Positions 54,058-63,068 of a stretch of 64,000 nucleotides of DNA are shown here, one piece after another. The notes below the pieces were generated by a model. The model worked only from the letters and a program-made list of their open reading frames with translations. It was not told the origin of the DNA and searched no databases. Numbering within the stretch: position 1 is the first letter of the stretch; each line of letters begins with the position of its first letter. Made by a program: the position numbers and the translations under genes. The stretch is taken from contig NZ_DASVSI010000145.1 in assembly GCF_036388155.1 (NCBI RefSeq), positions 13,047 through 77,046 on the forward strand, in the 5' to 3' direction. This stretch comes from Hymenobacter sp. GTDB taxonomy: Bacteria; Bacteroidota; Bacteroidia; Cytophagales; Hymenobacteraceae.

Positions 54058-54133
54058 GTGAATGGGCGAATGCGTGACTGGGTGAATGCAGCACAACCAT
54101 TCACCCAGTCACGCATTCGCCCATTCACTCATT
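54053..54133. repeat. 36-bp perfect inverted repeat built from 8-mer units
   Basis: 54053-54088 AATGAGTG-AATGGGCG-AATGCGTG-ACTGGGTG-AATG is the reverse complement of 54098-54133; 9-nt loop. Confidence 0.95.
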
Positions 54134-54139
54134 GATGCC

Positions 54140-55345
54140 ATGCACATTGCCGTCTTCAGCCAGTACCACACCAACCCCGATTGTCCGGCTACCAGCCGGC
54201 ACTACACGCTGCTGGCGCACATTGCCAAAACGCACCGGGTTACGCTGCTGACCACTCCTGCCTGGAAACCCCAGCGGCTGACGCAGGAATTCCCGTGGGT
54301 GCCGGAAGGCGTGGAGATGCGGGAAGCCGCTGTGCCCTACGAAAACAAGATGGGTCCTGCCCGGCGGGCGTTGGCCTTTGCCCAATACGCGGCGTGGGCG
54401 GTACGGGAAGGGCTGCGCATTGACAAGCCGGACGTTATTTGGGGCATTAGCACGCCGCTGACGGCGGCTTGGGCGGCGGCGCAGGTGGCGCGGTGGCGCA
54501 AGGTGCCGTGGGTGTTTGAGGTGCAGGATTTGTGGCCTTCTTTCCCTATTGCCATGGGAGCGGTGCCTACCGGGCTGGCTCGCCGGCAACTTTATCAACT
54601 AGAGAAGCGGCTGTACCAAAGCGCCCGGCACATTCTGCCGCTTTCGCCCGACATGGCTCGCTATGTGACGGACCTAGGCATTGCAAGAGCCAAAGTAACA
54701 ACTGTTCTAAACGGGACTGATTTGGATTTAGCGGCACGCGCTACTCCAGCGGAGGCGCAGCTGCGGCGCTCACAAGGACTGGAAGGCAAACAGGTGGTGC
54801 TCTACGCAGGCACCTTCGGGCGAGCCAATGACATTCCGACCTTGCTGGCAGCGGCCGAGGCAATGGCTGCAACCGCGACTGACGCGGTGTGGCTTTTTCT
54901 GGGGCACGGTTTTCATGAGCCGTTGATTGCGGCGGCAGCGGCGCGGTGGCCGGGCCGTATTCGGCTGGTAGGCGGCCAGGCCCGGCACGAGGTGTTCACG
55001 TGGTTTGCATTGGCCGACGTGTCGGTGGTGTCGTTTCTGGCACTGCCGGTGCTGGACTCAAACTCTCCGGCTAAGCTGTACGATTCGCTGGCTGTGGGCA
55101 CGCCGGTCATCGTCACCAACCAAGGATGGACCAAAGAGCTGGTGGAGCGGCACGGCTGCGGGTGGTACGTGCCAGCCGGCAACGCTGAAGCGTTGGTCAC
55201 GCAAGTGCACCAAGTGTTGGCTCAGCCTGACTTGCGGAATGAAGCGGGCCACAAAGGGCGTCAGCTGGCGGCGGCAGAATTTGACCGGCAGCAATTGGCA
55301 GGAGTTGTGCAGCGGGTTTTAGAAGCGGCTCAAGTAACTGCATGA
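54140..55345 (+). CDS. Glycosyltransferase family 4 (WbuB-like)
   Basis: FEVQDLWP, LYAGTFGRAND, PAKLYDSLAVGTPVI. Start placed at ATG 54140. Confidence 0.9.
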   Translation: MHIAVFSQYHTNPDCPATSRHYTLLAHIAKTHRVTLLTTPAWKPQRLTQEFPWVPEGVEMREAAVPYENKMGPARRALAFAQYAAWAVREGLRIDKPDVIWGISTPLTAAWAAAQVARWRKVPWVFEVQDLWPSFPIAMGAVPTGLARRQLYQLEKRLYQSARHILPLSPDMARYVTDLGIARAKVTTVLNGTDLDLAARATPAEAQLRRSQGLEGKQVVLYAGTFGRANDIPTLLAAAEAMAATATDAVWLFLGHGFHEPLIAAAAARWPGRIRLVGGQARHEVFTWFALADVSVVSFLALPVLDSNSPAKLYDSLAVGTPVIVTNQGWTKELVERHGCGWYVPAGNAEALVTQVHQVLAQPDLRNEAGHKGRQLAAAEFDRQQLAGVVQRVLEAAQVTA

Positions 55346-55445
55346 CTTTTGTACCAAGTCACTTGTGCTTTGTGCGGCTTTGTGCTCCAAATGGAACTCT
55401 GTGTGCTGAAAAACCCGAGTATGAGCTTGTAAGCGGAGTGGTGGG

Positions 55446-56123
55446 CTAATTTTCCGGAATCGGCTCGTAAGCCTTTTCCTTGCCGAAGTGCTTTTCGAAA
55501 TAGGCGCAGCTAGGCGCTAGCGGGCAAATAGTGCACTTGGGCGAGCGAGCCACGCAGATGTAGCGCCCATGCAAAATCAGCCAGTGGTGAGCCTTATTGA
55601 TGTATTCCTCCGGAATGTAGCGCACCAGGGCCTTTTCCACAGCTAGCGGGGTGGTAGCCGTTTTGGGCACGAGGCCAATGCGGTGCGACACCCGGAATAC
55701 GTGGGTGTCGACGGCCATGGCGGGCAGGTTGTAGATGACCGACGCCACCACGTTGGCGGTTTTGCGGCCCACGCCGGGCAGACGTTGCAGCTCTTCAATC
55801 TGGCTGGGCACTTCGCCCGCAAACTCCTCGGTGAGCATGCGGCCCAGGCCGGCCAGGTGCTTGGCCTTGTTGTTGGGGTAGGAGACGCTGCGGATGAAGG
55901 GAAAAATGTCGTCGGCAGTGGCCATGCCGAGGTGGGCGGCGGTTGGGAACTGCGCCAGCAGGGCCGGCATCACTTGGTTCACGCGCTTGTCGGTGCACTG
56001 GGCGCTCAGCACCACCGCCACAATCAACTCGTAAGGGTTGTTATACGCCAACTCGGTCTTGGGCTCCGGAAAGTTGGTCGTGAAGTAATCGAGGAAGTAT
56101 CGGAATCGGTCGGCGCGGCGCAT
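55446..56123 (-). CDS. nth: Endonuclease III
   Basis: LSAQCTD, LPGVGRKTANV (HhH), VDTHVFRV, CVARSPKCTICPLAPSC. Confidence 0.96.
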   Translation of the reverse strand: MRRADRFRYFLDYFTTNFPEPKTELAYNNPYELIVAVVLSAQCTDKRVNQVMPALLAQFPTAAHLGMATADDIFPFIRSVSYPNNKAKHLAGLGRMLTEEFAGEVPSQIEELQRLPGVGRKTANVVASVIYNLPAMAVDTHVFRVSHRIGLVPKTATTPLAVEKALVRYIPEEYINKAHHWLILHGRYICVARSPKCTICPLAPSCAYFEKHFGKEKAYEPIPEN

Positions 56124-56147
56124 GAGCAGGGACAGGATGCAGGAGGG

Positions 56148-56155
56148 CAAAAATA
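56148..56155 (-). promoter_or_regulatory. -7 box (TATTTTTG) for nth
   Basis: TAnnTTTG on the minus strand, 24 nt before the ATG and adjacent to the 42-bp hairpin. Confidence 0.5.
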
Positions 56156-56159
56156 AGAA

Positions 56160-56250
56160 CGGCCACGCCGAACGCAGGGAAGCCCCTCTGCCGCGCAAGT
56201 AATCTATGTACTTACGCGGCAGAGGGGCTTCCCTGCGTTCGGCGTGGCCG
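56160..56250. repeat. 42-bp inverted repeat (1 mismatch, 7-nt loop)
   Basis: 56160-56201 versus 56209-56250; loop ATCTATG. Confidence 0.95.
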
Positions 56251-56341
56251 CCGTTGAAATTCGCTGCTCCTCAATCCGAAGCTTTGGCCTGCCCGCGCGA
56301 ACGCACGGGCCAGAGCGGCCGCCACAAGAAATCGAAGGGGC

Positions 56342-56572
56342 TTAGGACTTGGCTAAGAAGGTGCGCGAGTAGCGCAAAATTGCCTCGGAGGTTTCGGGCC
56401 GGGGTTCGCGACGTACGCCGTCGAGAGCCCGCTGGGCCAAAAGGAGGTCGGCGCACGAAGAAGCCAATTCCGGGTCGTGCAATAACGCCTCCTCTACCTC
56501 GCGCTGCCTTTCAGGAGGCAATTCGTTGTACACATACTGGAGCAGTATCGAATGGGGTAATAGTTGAATCAT
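56342..56572 (-). CDS. Small hypothetical protein, anti-sigma-like N-terminal helices
   Basis: LLQYVYNELPPERQREVEEALLHDPELA resembles ASD helices but has no HxxxCxxC; overlaps the sigma gene end. Confidence 0.65.
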   Translation of the reverse strand: MIQLLPHSILLQYVYNELPPERQREVEEALLHDPELASSCADLLLAQRALDGVRREPRPETSEAILRYSRTFLAKS

Positions 56573-57146
56573 AATGGAAAGAGTTTGCAGTCATTTTCTT
56601 CCGCAGGTTTATCAACGCGTAGCGCATGCGGCCCAGGGCCGTGTTGATGCTGACGCCGGTTGCGTCGGCAATTTCCTGGAAGCTCATGTCGCCGTAGTGG
56701 CGCATCAACAACACCTCCTTTTGGGCGGCGGGAAGTTCTTGGATTAACGCCCGAAGGCGGTTGTGGGTTTCTTCGCGGGCCAGAATATCGTCCGGGCCGT
56801 CGTCGGCGAGGGTGAGCGTGTTGGCCAGGCGGTCGTTGTCGGTGAGGCTAATGTGGGGCACACGCTTGCCGCGCCGGAACGAATCGATGGCCAGGTTATG
56901 GGCAATGCGGCAAATCCAGGGCGCGAATTTGCCTTCTTCGTTGTAACGCCCACTTTTGAGCGTGTGAATAGCCTTGATGAATGTGTCCTGCACCAAGTCT
57001 TCGGCCACGTCCTCGTCGCGCACGATGAGGAGAATCGTGGTGAATACACGGCTCCGGTGACGCTCCAGGAGGAGGCCGAAAGCGGATTCCTGGCCAGCCA
57101 GGTAGAGCGAGATGAGCGCGGAGTCGCTCGGTTGCAAGAGGTCCAT
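56511..57146 (-). CDS. ECF RNA polymerase sigma-70 factor
   Basis: Region 2 AEDLVQDTFIKA...WICRIAHNLAID; region 4 MSFQEIADATGVSINTALGRMRYA. Confidence 0.93.
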   Translation of the reverse strand: MDLLQPSDSALISLYLAGQESAFGLLLERHRSRVFTTILLIVRDEDVAEDLVQDTFIKAIHTLKSGRYNEEGKFAPWICRIAHNLAIDSFRRGKRVPHISLTDNDRLANTLTLADDGPDDILAREETHNRLRALIQELPAAQKEVLLMRHYGDMSFQEIADATGVSINTALGRMRYALINLRKKMTANSFHYDSTITPFDTAPVCVQRIAS

Positions 57147-57443
57147 AAAGGGCTACGGAATAAGGGAACGTAGAGCTCTAGGCCATAGTATGCAGTTACC
57201 GAGAAAAATTTAGGAGAGCGACCGGAAGTCGGACAATTGCAGCCCGCTAGAATCAGACCAAATGTATAGAAATGCGGTGCATATCCGCAATAGCACAAAA
57301 ATAAAAAAAGCCGAAATCTTTTGGGTGAAAGCAAGCAACCTTCGTCAAATCTTCATCTAGGCCCTTTTCTTGCCGGGCGGTTGGGAAGAAAAAAATAAAA
57401 TTTATTTGCTTCGCCCACCAAATGCTAAGGCACTCTGCTTCAG

Positions 57444-57845
57444 CTAGCGGGCCAGCCACTGATAAGCCGCTGCCTCGTCGGTAAAAAGGGCGGTGAAATA
57501 GCCTTGGTCGGGGCGCGGATGGGCGCTGATGCTGGCCACCGAACTGTCGGACTGTTCCTGCTTGGCGCGCAAGGGCGAGGCCAGGAAAGCAATGCGGACG
57601 GGCGCCGCGTAGCGGCGCGGAAGCTTGGGGAAAAAGTCGTTGTTCATCCAGGCCGTTAGCGCCGGTGAGGCCAGCTCTTCGCGGCGCAAGTCGAGCAGCC
57701 AGCGCCAGCAATTCATCTCGTCGGCCGCCGCCAAGATGGCAAAGTACCCCGCCTGCAACTCGGCCGCGGTAATTTCGCGTTGCCAGCGGGCCACGAGGGC
57801 CGGCAAGTCGGGGCGGGGCGTTATTTCCAGGCCAAGGGTTGACAC
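57444..57845 (-). CDS. SpoIIAA-like / STAS-SEC14-type hypothetical protein
   Basis: WLLDLRR, W(M)NNDFFP, RIAFLASP, FTDEAAAYQWL pattern. Confidence 0.65.
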   Translation of the reverse strand: MSTLGLEITPRPDLPALVARWQREITAAELQAGYFAILAAADEMNCWRWLLDLRREELASPALTAWMNNDFFPKLPRRYAAPVRIAFLASPLRAKQEQSDSSVASISAHPRPDQGYFTALFTDEAAAYQWLAR

Positions 57846-57972
57846 GAGCCAGACGGTGGAAGCGGTGAAAAATCAACAGACAAGATAGGCGAAACCACCG
57901 GGCCATGCCAACGCGCTTTTTCGGCTGGCCCTACCTTCGGGCCTCGCCGCCGTAAAGGCGTTTTTCGAGCGT

Positions 57973-59253
57973 ATGCTTCCTGCCGACCCTGCTGCTACCC
58001 CCCCCGTTCACGACCCGTATGCTGCCTTGCGCCTGCCCGACTTTCGTAGGTTGGTGTCGGCCAGAGTTTTGCTCACCGTAGCCACCCGGGTACAGGGGCT
58101 GGTGGTGAGCTGGCAGATATTCAAACTCACCAACAACCCGCTGGCTCTGGGCTTAATTGGCTTGTCCGAAGCCATTCCGAGCATTGTGGTGTCGCTCTAT
58201 GCCGGCTACGTGGCCGACTCGGTGCGGCGCAAGAACATTGTGGTGGCCGCCTTGGCCGTGCTCGTGCTGTGCGCCGTAGCCCTGGCCTACTTTGCCAGCC
58301 CCTACGGCATTGGGTGGCTCGCGAAAGGTTCGCTGTACACGCTGCCGCTGTACGGGGTCATTTTCGTGAGCGGCATTGCGCGCGGGTTTATGGGGCCGGC
58401 GCTGTTCTCGTTTATGCCCCAACTGCTGCCCGACCGGGCGCTGCTGCCCAACGCCATCACCTGGAACAGCACCACCTACCAGGGCTCGGCGGTGCTGGGC
58501 CCCGCCATTGGCGGCTATTTGATTGCCCACTTGGGCGTGGCCAATTCCTACGTGGTCAGCACGGTGCTGCTGGCACTGGCGCTGTTTCAGTTTGCCCGCA
58601 TTGCCGGCCGGCCCCTGCCCCCGACGGAGGGCGAGCGTCTCAACTTGAAAGACAGCGTCCTAAGTGGCTTGAAGTTCATTTTTAGCAACCAATTGGTGCT
58701 GGCGGCACTGTCGCTCGACATGTTTGCAGTGCTGTTTGGCGGGGCGGTGGCGCTATTGCCGGTATTTGCTTCCGATATCTTGAAAGTTGGCGCCACGGGC
58801 TTTGGTCATTTGGAAGCGGCGCCGGCTGTGGGTTCTGTACTCATGGCGGTGGTACTGACCTATTTCCCGCTGCGGCACCACGTGGGGCGCAAGCTGCTGT
58901 GGTCAGTGGCAGGGTTCGGCGTGGCCACCATTGGCTTTGCGCTGTCCACCAACTTTGTGCTGTCCCTGGTGCTGCTTTTCCTCACGGGCGTATTCGATTC
59001 GGTGTCGGTGATTGTGCGCTCTACGCTCATTCACACCTTCACGCCGGAGTACATGAAGGGCCGGGTATCGGCGGTAAACAATATTTTCATCGGCTCCAGC
59101 AATGAAATTGGTGCGTTCGAAAGCGGCGCCGCCGCGCGCCTGATGGGCACGGTGCCGTCGGTAGTATTTGGCGGTGTAATGACCCTGTTGGTGGTGGCGA
59201 TAACTGCCTGGAAAGCCGATAAGCTGCGACGCCTGGAGTTGGGCACGAAATAG
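57973..59253 (+). CDS. MFS transporter (EntS/DHA3-like)
   Basis: 12 TM; AGYVADSVRRK motif A, GPAIGG, MKGRVSAV. Confidence 0.9.
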   Translation: MLPADPAATPPVHDPYAALRLPDFRRLVSARVLLTVATRVQGLVVSWQIFKLTNNPLALGLIGLSEAIPSIVVSLYAGYVADSVRRKNIVVAALAVLVLCAVALAYFASPYGIGWLAKGSLYTLPLYGVIFVSGIARGFMGPALFSFMPQLLPDRALLPNAITWNSTTYQGSAVLGPAIGGYLIAHLGVANSYVVSTVLLALALFQFARIAGRPLPPTEGERLNLKDSVLSGLKFIFSNQLVLAALSLDMFAVLFGGAVALLPVFASDILKVGATGFGHLEAAPAVGSVLMAVVLTYFPLRHHVGRKLLWSVAGFGVATIGFALSTNFVLSLVLLFLTGVFDSVSVIVRSTLIHTFTPEYMKGRVSAVNNIFIGSSNEIGAFESGAAARLMGTVPSVVFGGVMTLLVVAITAWKADKLRRLELGTK

Positions 59254-59277
59254 AGTTATTCACAGCCGCTCAATCAG

Positions 59278-59916
59278 CTAGTCGCACAGCGCGGGCAGGT
59301 CTGGGTTTCGGGCAAACTCCATCATGGTGTGCAACTGCGCCAGCGTGGTGCGGTCGGTGGACAGCTCCAACGAGTCCAGTTCGGATTGGTGCACCCAACG
59401 GGCCGCAGAAGTTTCAGACGTGTTGGCTTGCAGACTGCCGCCCACTTCCCGACATAGCACAAAGGCCTTGTACACGTACCAGGGCTGGGGCGGGTGGGCG
59501 TGGCGCTTTTTGTCCAGCAAGGCTAGCAGGCGCACGGCTTCGGTTTCAAGGCCCGTTTCTTTCCAGGCTTCCTTCACCGCTACTTCGAAGGGCGTGTACC
59601 CAATGTCGGCCCAACCGCCGGGCAGCGTCCACCGGTTGCCGTCCATTTTCTCCTGCACCATCAGCACTTCATCGGTGCCGCGAAACAGCACCGACCGAAC
59701 GTCGACTTTGGGGGTTGGGTAATTGGTCTCGCCGGCAAACAGGGCGTTGAGCTGGGCCACAGGCTCGCCGGTGAGCATGGCCATCATTTGCAGGCTGAGG
59801 TCGTGGATTTCGTGGTAGCGCTCTTGGGCATAGGAACCGGACTCATACACCAGGCCAGTTTGGGCAAGGGCTTGCAGGCGCTGGGCAATGCCCAGCCAAT
59901 CAAGTTTGGGGTCCAT
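59278..59916 (-). CDS. Nudix hydrolase with N-terminal helical extension
   Basis: YPTPKVDVR, Nudix box PGGWADIGYTPFEVAVKEAWKETG. Start placed at ATG 59916. Confidence 0.88.
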   Translation of the reverse strand: MDPKLDWLGIAQRLQALAQTGLVYESGSYAQERYHEIHDLSLQMMAMLTGEPVAQLNALFAGETNYPTPKVDVRSVLFRGTDEVLMVQEKMDGNRWTLPGGWADIGYTPFEVAVKEAWKETGLETEAVRLLALLDKKRHAHPPQPWYVYKAFVLCREVGGSLQANTSETSAARWVHQSELDSLELSTDRTTLAQLHTMMEFARNPDLPALCD

Positions 59917-60589
59917 GAGAAGAGGAAGAAGAGTCAGAGAAAGGTAAATTACTACTGCCGGCCAGCAACGCCGCGTACTGCTCGGGGGTGTCCACGTCCA
60001 GCAGGCCCGCCGGAAAAGGCACGCGGCCGACGTCGTTGCCCAAGCTGGCAATAAGCCGATTGGCTCCCTGAGTACCTTGAAGCTGGCTCAAAGCCGGAAA
60101 CAGGGTGTGGTGAAAAACTGCCGGCACGCCCACTGTGTCCCCATAGGCAGCGGCTACGATGGGCGCCTGGCTTTGCTGCTGCTCAGCTACCAATTGCCGC
60201 AGCAGCTCCGCGGTAACCAGCGGTTGGTCGCTGAGCATGATGAGGGCGGCGCGCGGCTGCGCAGCCTGCACCGCTGCTAGCCCAGCCCGAATGGACGAAG
60301 CCATGCCCGTTTCCCATTCCAAATTGCGCACCACCCAAATGGGCAGGTCCGACACTTCGGCGGCCAATGCGTCGTGTACAGCGCCCGTTACTAACACAAT
60401 GGGCGCGCAGCTGGTGGCTACAGCGGTTTCAGCGGCGTGGCGCAGGAGCGTGCGGCCGCGGTAAGGAAGCAGTTGCTTCGGCTGGCCCATGCGCGTAGAG
60501 GCACCAGCCGCCAGAATGAGCAGCGCCACCGCCCCGGAGGATTCCGGAACGGTGGCGCTGGCAACGAAAGACGAAGTCTGGTCGGACAT
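59900..60589 (-). CDS. MocA/MobA-like nucleotidyltransferase (molybdenum cofactor cytidylyltransferase)
   Basis: LAAGASTRMGQPKQLL, GMASSI, LSDQP, DVDTP; coupled to the xanthine-dehydrogenase-family genes. Confidence 0.88.
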   Translation of the reverse strand: MSDQTSSFVASATVPESSGAVALLILAAGASTRMGQPKQLLPYRGRTLLRHAAETAVATSCAPIVLVTGAVHDALAAEVSDLPIWVVRNLEWETGMASSIRAGLAAVQAAQPRAALIMLSDQPLVTAELLRQLVAEQQQSQAPIVAAAYGDTVGVPAVFHHTLFPALSQLQGTQGANRLIASLGNDVGRVPFPAGLLDVDTPEQYAALLAGSSNLPFSDSSSSSHGPQT

Positions 60590-62922
60590 TACACCGATTT
60601 GGTGCCCAGGATTTTTTCGGGCGTAATGGGCAGGTCGCGCACGCGCTTGCCGGTGGCGTGAAATACGGCATTGGCCACGGCTGCCGAAACACCCACCATC
60701 GAAATCTCGCCAATGCCCTTCACGCCCATGGCGTTGATATAAGGGTCGTGCTCGTCGATGAATTCCACGGTCATGTCCGGAATGTCGGCGTTGACCGGGA
60801 TGTGGTAGTCGCCGAGGTCGGCGTTGGTGTAGCGGGCGTAGTGTGGGTCGCGGGCGGTGGCTTCCATCAGCGCCGCGCCGATACCGAAAATGCTACCGCC
60901 GATAATCTGGCTGCGGGCGGTTTTGGCATTGAGAATGCGGCCGGCGCCGTGCACGCTCACCCACCGCGTCACGCGTACTGTGCCCAGGTCGGGGTCGACT
61001 TGTACTTCGCAGAAGTGGGCGCCGAAGGAGTGCATGGAGTGCTGGCCTGCCGTTTCGGTGTTGTTGTTCGGGCCGGCGGGGTTGGAGGGGCGGCCGGTTT
61101 CGTAGCCGGCGCCATACTTGCCCTGGCCGCTGCCTTCCACGTCGTCCATGCCCGCGCGCTTCATCAAGGCCATGAAGTCTTCGCCTTTGGCAGGCTTGCT
61201 CTTCAACTGCAGGCGGCCTTTTTCCACCGTTACATCCTCGGGCTTAGCCTTGAAAAGCGGAGACTTGGAGTCTTTGATGGCCACTTTGGTGAGGCGCTCC
61301 CACACGTCCTGCGCCGCCATGTAGACGGACGAAGACACCGTGCCAGCTGCCACCGAGCCGCCCGAGTTGGGAGCAGTGGGCAGTTTGGTATCGCCCAGTT
61401 CGAAGCGAATTTTCTCGGGTGGCAGGCCTAACGAGTCGGCCGCTACTTGCGTCATCACGGTGTAGGTGCCGGTGCCTAGGTCGGTAGCGCCGGATTGCAC
61501 CACGGCGTGGCCGTCGGCGTAGAGGCGCACGCGGGCGGTGCCTTGCGAGTTATGCACGGGGTAGCTGGCCGTGGCCATGCCCATGCCGACCAGCAAGCGG
61601 CCGTTGCGGGTTTGGCCGGCCTTGATGTTGCGCTTGCTCCAGCCGAATAGCTCGGCGCCGCGCTGGTAGCACTGCTTTAGGCTCTTGCTACTCCAGGGCT
61701 GGCCGGTGCTGGGGTCTTTCTCGGCGTAGTTCCGCAGTCGGATTTCGATGGGGTCAACACCCAACTGGTAGGCCAAGTCGTCCATCAAACACTCCAAGGC
61801 AAACGAGCCGGGCGCCTCGCCAGGGGCGCGGGTGAAGGTGGACGTCATCACATTGGCCCGGCCCAACTCGTAGTGCGACTCGAACGTGGGGCAGTCGTAC
61901 AGCAAGTTGATGATTTTGCTGTTAGCTTCTGCGTAATTGTCCCAGGGCGACGTAGTCGAGGTTTTCTCATGAATCAGGGCCGTGAGCTTGCCTTCCCTGG
62001 TCGCGCCCATGGTGAGGGTTTGGGTCTGGTCTTCGCGGTGGCCCATGCTGGTGTACTGCTGCTTGCGGGTGAGCGCCAGCTTCACCGGCCGGCCCAGGGC
62101 TTTGGCGGCCAGCACCGTAAGCACCGTGTGCGGCCAGCACGAGCCTTTGCAGCCAAAGCCGCCGCCCAAGTATTTGGTGATGACACGCACCTGCTCCTGC
62201 GGCAGTCCCAGCATGGCGGAAAGCGCCTTTTGCGTCCGCGTCACGCCCTGGGTCGACTCATACACCGTGAGGCGGTCGGGCGACTCCCACACGGCGGTGG
62301 TTGCGCCGGGCTCCATGGGGTTGTGGTGGTTGATGGCGTGGGTGTATACACCCGTCAGCTTGATGGCCGAACTAGCCAGGGCAGCCTGCGCATCGCCGCG
62401 CCGGGTGTAGCCGTCCTGCTTGCCGTCCTGAATTTTCTGGGGGTTGAACAGCTTGGCTTCTTTGTCGGTGTAGGCGGCAATGGGCTTTTCGGCCGCGTAG
62501 CTCACCCGCACCAAGGCAGCGGCGTGGGTGGCGCGGTCCAGGGTGTCGGCCACGACCAGCGCCACCGGCTGGCCGGCGTAGTGGATGATGTCCGAGGTCA
62601 TCGGCATGAAGCCCATGGGCGCGCCAATGGCTTTTTTGCCTTCGGCGTCGTTGGGTGTTTTGGCCAGTTTGGGCAGGTTCAGGTGGGTGTAGATGGCCAG
62701 CACGCCGGGCTCTTTGGCCGCCACGCTGGTGTCAATCTGCTGAATGCGGCCCTTGGCAATGTCGCTGGTTTTCAACACGCTGTACGTCAGGCCCGGCAGC
62801 GGAAACTCGGCCGAATACCTGGCTTTGCCCGTCACCTTGTCGCGGCCGTCGACGCGGTTCAGCGGTTTGCCGACCACGCCCGGCTTGGGCGAGGTTTCGA
62901 AAAAAGCGGGTTCATTTTCCAT
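60589..62922 (-). CDS. Xanthine dehydrogenase family molybdopterin-binding subunit (PaoC/YagR-like)
   Basis: RVDGRDKVTG, YLGGGFG, TRAPG, DLGTGTYT, KGIGE. Confidence 0.93.
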   Translation of the reverse strand: MENEPAFFETSPKPGVVGKPLNRVDGRDKVTGKARYSAEFPLPGLTYSVLKTSDIAKGRIQQIDTSVAAKEPGVLAIYTHLNLPKLAKTPNDAEGKKAIGAPMGFMPMTSDIIHYAGQPVALVVADTLDRATHAAALVRVSYAAEKPIAAYTDKEAKLFNPQKIQDGKQDGYTRRGDAQAALASSAIKLTGVYTHAINHHNPMEPGATTAVWESPDRLTVYESTQGVTRTQKALSAMLGLPQEQVRVITKYLGGGFGCKGSCWPHTVLTVLAAKALGRPVKLALTRKQQYTSMGHREDQTQTLTMGATREGKLTALIHEKTSTTSPWDNYAEANSKIINLLYDCPTFESHYELGRANVMTSTFTRAPGEAPGSFALECLMDDLAYQLGVDPIEIRLRNYAEKDPSTGQPWSSKSLKQCYQRGAELFGWSKRNIKAGQTRNGRLLVGMGMATASYPVHNSQGTARVRLYADGHAVVQSGATDLGTGTYTVMTQVAADSLGLPPEKIRFELGDTKLPTAPNSGGSVAAGTVSSSVYMAAQDVWERLTKVAIKDSKSPLFKAKPEDVTVEKGRLQLKSKPAKGEDFMALMKRAGMDDVEGSGQGKYGAGYETGRPSNPAGPNNNTETAGQHSMHSFGAHFCEVQVDPDLGTVRVTRWVSVHGAGRILNAKTARSQIIGGSIFGIGAALMEATARDPHYARYTNADLGDYHIPVNADIPDMTVEFIDEHDPYINAMGVKGIGEISMVGVSAAVANAVFHATGKRVRDLPITPEKILGTKSV

Positions 62923-62976
62923 GGCGGAAGTAGGTCAGCGTGAAATATTAAAGGTGCGGCATTGGCTGGGGCCGCG

Positions 62977-63068
62977 GTAGAGACGCAACATCTTGCGTCT
63001 CGTCGTTGAACGATGCCGTCTGAACTCTTGCGGCCCGGTCCCGGAGACGCAAAATGTTGCGTCTCTAC
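62977..63068. repeat. GTAG-type REP doublet (second family)
   Basis: GTAGAGACGCAACATCTTGCGTCTC (62977-63001) and an inverted copy at 63044-63068 with 1 mismatch. Confidence 0.85.
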
